Positions 59,753 to 64,000 of a DNA stretch of 64,000 nt are shown in pieces (within the stretch, counting starts at the first letter, position 1; each line of letters opens with the position of its first letter). The stretch comes from Phycisphaerales bacterium. GTDB taxonomy: Bacteria > Planctomycetota > Phycisphaerae > WQYP01. The DNA lies in contig DAIDJN010000058.1 of NCBI GenBank assembly GCA_027451365.1, forward strand, positions 64,001 to 128,000. The letters run 5' to 3'. The translations under genes were made by a program, and so were the position numbers. Below the pieces are notes generated by a model. The model saw nothing but the letters and a program-made list of their open reading frames with translations, was not told the DNA's origin and did not search any database.

Positions 59753-59868
59753 TTAAAACTCCATACAGAGCAACGCAAATATTTTTCACACGGACCAGCC
59801 ACGTTCATGGCGCACCGGTCATGCAAATGGTATCGCCAAGTGCCGCGGGAAAAAAGTGTCGGTGCCGC

Positions 59869-61176
59869 TTAATGAACAAACTGGAAATAACCCACCGCCA
59901 ACGCTGTCGTGACAAGCGTAAGCGGAACGCCGACTTTAAGATATTCGGTAAATGCCAGGCGGATGGAGAACGGCTCGGCTTGCTCGGCAACAATCAGATT
60001 GGCAATCGACCCCAGCAGAGTCAGGTTACCCGCAAACGTGCTGGTCACCGCCAGCAGGTACCAGGTGGAAGTGGCGGACATCGGAATGGCTGGTTTAATC
60101 AGCAGCACCGCCGGTACGTTGCTCACCAGATTGGAAAGCACGAGGGTCGTTGAAGCCAAAGGAATATGAGATTGCAGCGAAATGCCGGCATGGGCAATCG
60201 CGTGCATGGCCGGTGCCAGCAGGGCATGACGCTGGGCGTCACCAATGACAATAAACAGTCCCACAAACAATAGAATCAGATTCCAATCTACCAGCGCAAA
60301 CAGATCCCGCGGGCGGGTTTTGCGGGAAATCATCAGCAGGCCGGCTGCGGCGAGCGCGGCGACAGGCCGCGACAGGTCGATACCTTCGCCAATAATCATG
60401 GCCAGCAGCAGCAGCCCCATGATGAAAAGTGTCTTATGTATCATCGACCACCGGGTAACAGCCTCCCTGGCAGCCGGGTGGTCGCCGGGGACATCCATTT
60501 TTTCAGAAACGATATCAGACAACCGCCGCCGATACACAACCGTGACCGTTACGAACGCCAGCACAACGCAAACAATTACCAGCGGCAGCACTGTCAGGCT
60601 GAAAGCGGCGAAAGAAAGATTGCCCGCCTGCCCGATCAGCATGTTCTGGGGGTTGCCAATCACGGTGGCTGCTGAACCGATATTGGCTGAAACGGCCAGC
60701 GCCATCAAATATGGAATTGGATCACGTCCGGCACGGCGCATGGCTACGCACAGCACCGGTGTAAAAATAAGGCATATCACATCATTGGCAAAAAGGGCGG
60801 AAAGAACCGATGCGGCCAGCATAATCAACGCGAGCAGGACCCGCGGACTTTTGGCAACGCTGACGATTCGTCGTACCACCCAATCGTAATAACCCGCCAG
60901 CCGAAGCTGGGCCGAAATGATCATCATGCTGATCAGCAACGCGAGTGTCGGAAAGTTAATTTCGTTAATCGCCTGCCCGAAGGACAGCCTGTGCAGCACC
61001 AGCACGGCCACCGCACCCAGCGTGGCAATGGAAGTTCGGTCCAGCCGTGTACCCGGCAGGCCGCCCAAGGCCAAGCCCAGGTAAGTGGTCAGGAAAATCG
61101 CCAAGTCCAGCCATTGGCCGTGGTGCGATGCCCAGGAAGTGACAGCCGTCGCAAACGCAACGATGTCAGGCGTCAT
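59869..61176 (-). CDS. Anion transporter, ArsB/NhaD/SLC13 permease family
   Basis: LDRT.IA.LGA, SALFAND, ANIGSAATVIGNPQN and STFAGNLTLLGSIANLIV. Confidence 0.88.
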   Translation of the reverse strand: MTPDIVAFATAVTSWASHHGQWLDLAIFLTTYLGLALGGLPGTRLDRTSIATLGAVAVLVLHRLSFGQAINEINFPTLALLISMMIISAQLRLAGYYDWVVRRIVSVAKSPRVLLALIMLAASVLSALFANDVICLIFTPVLCVAMRRAGRDPIPYLMALAVSANIGSAATVIGNPQNMLIGQAGNLSFAAFSLTVLPLVIVCVVLAFVTVTVVYRRRLSDIVSEKMDVPGDHPAAREAVTRWSMIHKTLFIMGLLLLAMIIGEGIDLSRPVAALAAAGLLMISRKTRPRDLFALVDWNLILLFVGLFIVIGDAQRHALLAPAMHAIAHAGISLQSHIPLASTTLVLSNLVSNVPAVLLIKPAIPMSATSTWYLLAVTSTFAGNLTLLGSIANLIVAEQAEPFSIRLAFTEYLKVGVPLTLVTTALAVGYFQFVH

Positions 61177-62051
61177 TTAGCCGCTCCGCTGGCGTTTGTG
61201 GCTGGCGATTGGCCGGGAATCAGATTCCCAAACGCCTTAAACGTATTCTGCACGCCATTGCCTAGCGATTTTCCAAGATTACTGGTGCCATTCAGCAAGT
61301 CGCCGGCTCCAGCACCAAGTATGCCGCCCGCAGCCTGCAGTGAATTCCGGAAAGCGGCGGGAATCTGCGGACTTTTAGCCGCTTGAATAGCAATAGCGCT
61401 TAATACCTGACCGAAAAGGTCGGCTATCCGCAGCGGACGGCCATCCGGATTGGTTGGCTGATCAATAACCAGCTTCTTAATGGGAATGGTAATGGGCAAT
61501 CCCTTTTGGCCCGGTATAAGCGAAGGCCGGAAAATGACGGTCAAATGCGTGAGGATCACCTGATTGATCGCAAGTGCTTTGCCGCCAGAAGCAGTTTGCT
61601 GCGTTTTGGATGCCGCCGGCGTAGAAGTTCCGGCGTTGCCCGCCGGCGCTGTATTTTTTTTGATATTGTTCAGGATATCCTGAATGTTGGAATTCAAGCC
61701 GTTTTGATCGAGCGTAACGGTCAGGCCGTCAATGGCAATCGTGGTAATTTGCACCGTTTGGCCCAGAAGCGAGCCAATTTTCACGGTCACTTTGCACGAT
61801 TTCATATCTAACAGGCTCGGATCGCTGAAACCGGCCGGGTTGGCAATATTTAATCCCTTCAACGCCAACGACCCGCCGAGAATATTTAACGCCACCTGAC
61901 TAAGCGTGGCTTTGACGCCCAAAGCCGCAGTGGCGCGGGAATCTACTTGTTCACGGATAATTGCATTTATGGAAAACCAGAGCGCCAGCACAAGAACCAG
62001 AAAAAGCAAAACCACGATGGTAAGTATTTGGCGAAGTCTCTTTTTTTTCAT
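61173..62051 (-). CDS. AsmA-like membrane-anchored protein
   Basis: N-terminal TM helix, then LGV.ATL..V.LNILGG.L.L.GLNIANPAGF motif. Confidence 0.65.
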   Translation of the reverse strand: MKKKRLRQILTIVVLLFLVLVLALWFSINAIIREQVDSRATAALGVKATLSQVALNILGGSLALKGLNIANPAGFSDPSLLDMKSCKVTVKIGSLLGQTVQITTIAIDGLTVTLDQNGLNSNIQDILNNIKKNTAPAGNAGTSTPAASKTQQTASGGKALAINQVILTHLTVIFRPSLIPGQKGLPITIPIKKLVIDQPTNPDGRPLRIADLFGQVLSAIAIQAAKSPQIPAAFRNSLQAAGGILGAGAGDLLNGTSNLGKSLGNGVQNTFKAFGNLIPGQSPATNASGAAK

Positions 62052-62462
62052 GGGGCCGTCTCCTGTGACTTTGGCGAATACGAAAATTCAGCCTCTTCAT
62101 ATAATAACAGCACTTTTCAGGAAATGCATGGTGCTGTTTGGCAGGATTTGCGACCACGTGCGGCAAGTCGCCGGTTGCGGCCTGGTAAACGCAGGCCAGC
62201 AGTTGCCTACAGTAACCCAAAAATAGTTTCGCGAGCCACACAAAAGCGACTCTTGCGGCAGTCCCCGGCACGCTGGGGCATTGATGAGAAAGGTTTCGTC
62301 ATATGCCCATGGCCGGCAATTTTGAGTTTAACCTTGGCCGCGAATCCTGGCCGGAGGGGCTTATATCTGCCGCAGGCTCATGAAACCGGTCATCCCAGAT
62401 CGCTCATTTCTCAAGTTTCGATCACGGGGATATCCGCCCGCAAAGGCACCGTACCGCGTGCG

Positions 62463-64000
62463 TCACCGTTTGCCGGTTAATTCCGGCGGGGTGCGTGGGT
62501 TGGTGTGCGGAACGTGTTCGATAATCGCTGGTTCCAAGGCGTCTTCTTCCTCGGTCTGGACTGTCGCGTGATCAAATGCCTTGACGGCTGCTGTTTCATG
62601 TTTGGCTTGAAACACGGCCCAGGCCAAAGCCAGAACGCAGCCCGCCACCACCAGCCATGCGATCCACGGGTGCGGGGAAAGGGGCGTGATGATGGCTCCA
62701 GGCACGCGCGTTTTAAGCAGATTCTGGAAATGCCGGTCAAATGGCAGCAGAAGTGGAACCACCAGCAGGGCCACCATGTTCATCACCTTCAGGAGCGGAT
62801 TGATGGCTGGGCCGGCGGTATCTTTCAACGGGTCGCCAATGGTATCGCCGGTGACGCTGGCCTTGTGTCGTTCCGAGCCTTTGCCGGTATTTCTGAGCAG
62901 ATCACGCGGTTCGTCTTCGATGACCTTTTTGGCGTTGTCCCACGCGCCGCCGCTGTTGGCCATAAAAACCGCAAGAATCTGGCCAGTCAGAATGGCGCCG
63001 GCAAGGAAGCCGGCCAGAGCCTGCACGCCAATTAAAAAGCCGACCAGTACGGGTGCCAGGACCGCCAGAAGGCCTGGGCCAATAAGTTCGCGCTGCGCTT
63101 CAAGCGTGCAAATGCTGACAACGCGACCGTAATCGGGCTTTTTCACACGTGTCCAGATCGCCTTATCGTGAAATTGGAGGCGGCATTCCTGGACAATCAG
63201 GTAAGCCGCCCGTCCGACAGCGCGAATGGCCATGGAACTGAAGAGAAACGGTACCGCGCCGCCAATCAGTAAGCCGACAAAAAGTCGCGGATCGGCCACA
63301 TTCAGAAGGCCGGAAACGGCATTATAAATATTTATATTCAGATGTGATTGATCAGATCCGCCGCCACTGCCCACAATGATAATGAAAGAGGCGAAAAGGC
63401 TCAGGGCGGCCACCACGGCGCTGCCAATGGCGATGCCTTTGGTAATGGCTTTGGTGGTGTTGCCGGTGGCATCAAGATCCGCAAGTACCTGGCGGGCCTG
63501 CCGGTAGTTGGTTTCGCCCATTTCATCGGGGTCAAAACCCATTTCGCCAATGCCGTTGGCATTGTCGGCGACCGGACCAAAGACATCCATGCTCAGTGTA
63601 TTGCCGGTAAGGGTAAGCATTCCGATTCCGCACATCGCCACGCCGTAGGCGACGAAAATGGGATTTGTGCCCGCGAAAATCAGCACGCTGGAAATCACTG
63701 CGCCGGCGATAATAAGGGCTGCCCAGACACTGCTTTCCATGCCCACGGCCAGGCCTTGGATAATATTGGTCGCGTGCCCTGTATCGCAGGCCCGGACAAG
63801 CGTTTTAACCGGCGGATGCTGTGTACCGGTAAAATATTCCGTACACCAGTTGAGCACCAGCGCCAGCATAATACCGCACAAGGTGGCTTCCGCGGGCCGC
63901 CAATCCAGTCCGGCGATTCCAAAGTTCGCCCACCATGGGGCGTGAGCCTCTACCTTCGCAAGGACCGAATTAGCCTGCAAGGCCGCAGGTGAAAGCCGGA
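62463..64000 (-). CDS. hppA: Membrane-bound H+-translocating pyrophosphatase (5' end outside the window), probably K+-independent
   Basis: DVFGPVADNANGIGEM, LDATGNTTKAITKG, NSGGAWDNAKK and GDTIGDPLKDTAGPAIN. GNxxK is the K+-independent signature. Confidence 0.95.
   Translation of the reverse strand, partial: RLSPAALQANSVLAKVEAHAPWWANFGIAGLDWRPAEATLCGIMLALVLNWCTEYFTGTQHPPVKTLVRACDTGHATNIIQGLAVGMESSVWAALIIAGAVISSVLIFAGTNPIFVAYGVAMCGIGMLTLTGNTLSMDVFGPVADNANGIGEMGFDPDEMGETNYRQARQVLADLDATGNTTKAITKGIAIGSAVVAALSLFASFIIIVGSGGGSDQSHLNINIYNAVSGLLNVADPRLFVGLLIGGAVPFLFSSMAIRAVGRAAYLIVQECRLQFHDKAIWTRVKKPDYGRVVSICTLEAQRELIGPGLLAVLAPVLVGFLIGVQALAGFLAGAILTGQILAVFMANSGGAWDNAKKVIEDEPRDLLRNTGKGSERHKASVTGDTIGDPLKDTAGPAINPLLKVMNMVALLVVPLLLPFDRHFQNLLKTRVPGAIITPLSPHPWIAWLVVAGCVLALAWAVFQAKHETAAVKAFDHATVQTEEEDALEPAIIEHVPHTNPRTPPELTGKR

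Noticed and set aside
1..64000. Reverse-transcriptase systems (DGR, retron, group II intron) or IS elements
   Set aside because: No reverse transcriptase or transposase motifs were recognised in any ORF, and no template/variable repeat pair with adenine-specific mismatches was noticed.

Overview
Bacterial chromosomal window, probably from a planctomycete (Phycisphaerae-like); this is inferred from the giant PEP-CTERM protein, the DUF4175-like protein and the fused cysNC, and was not checked by any search. Housekeeping genes (phoH partial, pyc, ygfZ, cysD-cysNC, rplM-rpsI, murI, aroC, gpmI, hppA partial, tRNA-Lys, tRNA-Ala) sit alongside a ~4,200-aa repetitive PEP-CTERM surface protein, two GGDEF-EAL proteins, a wH-HNH nuclease and a GH2 glycosidase. 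The main accessory feature is an ~8.7-kb capsid-less, satellite-like element (21391-30113) integrated in the 3' end of tRNA-Lys and bounded by exact 41-bp direct repeats. Its att core lies inside the tyrosine integrase gene. Joining the two ends in silico fuses the integrase in frame to a 55-aa tail stranded at the other end, giving 455 aa integrated versus 498 aa excised. That tail is followed, through an ATGA overlap, by a small stand-alone protein with a similar 'W-P-x-[LM]-P' helical motif. Together these suggest an integration-state switch with a possible partner or decoy protein. All family assignments come from motif recognition by eye; no databases were run.
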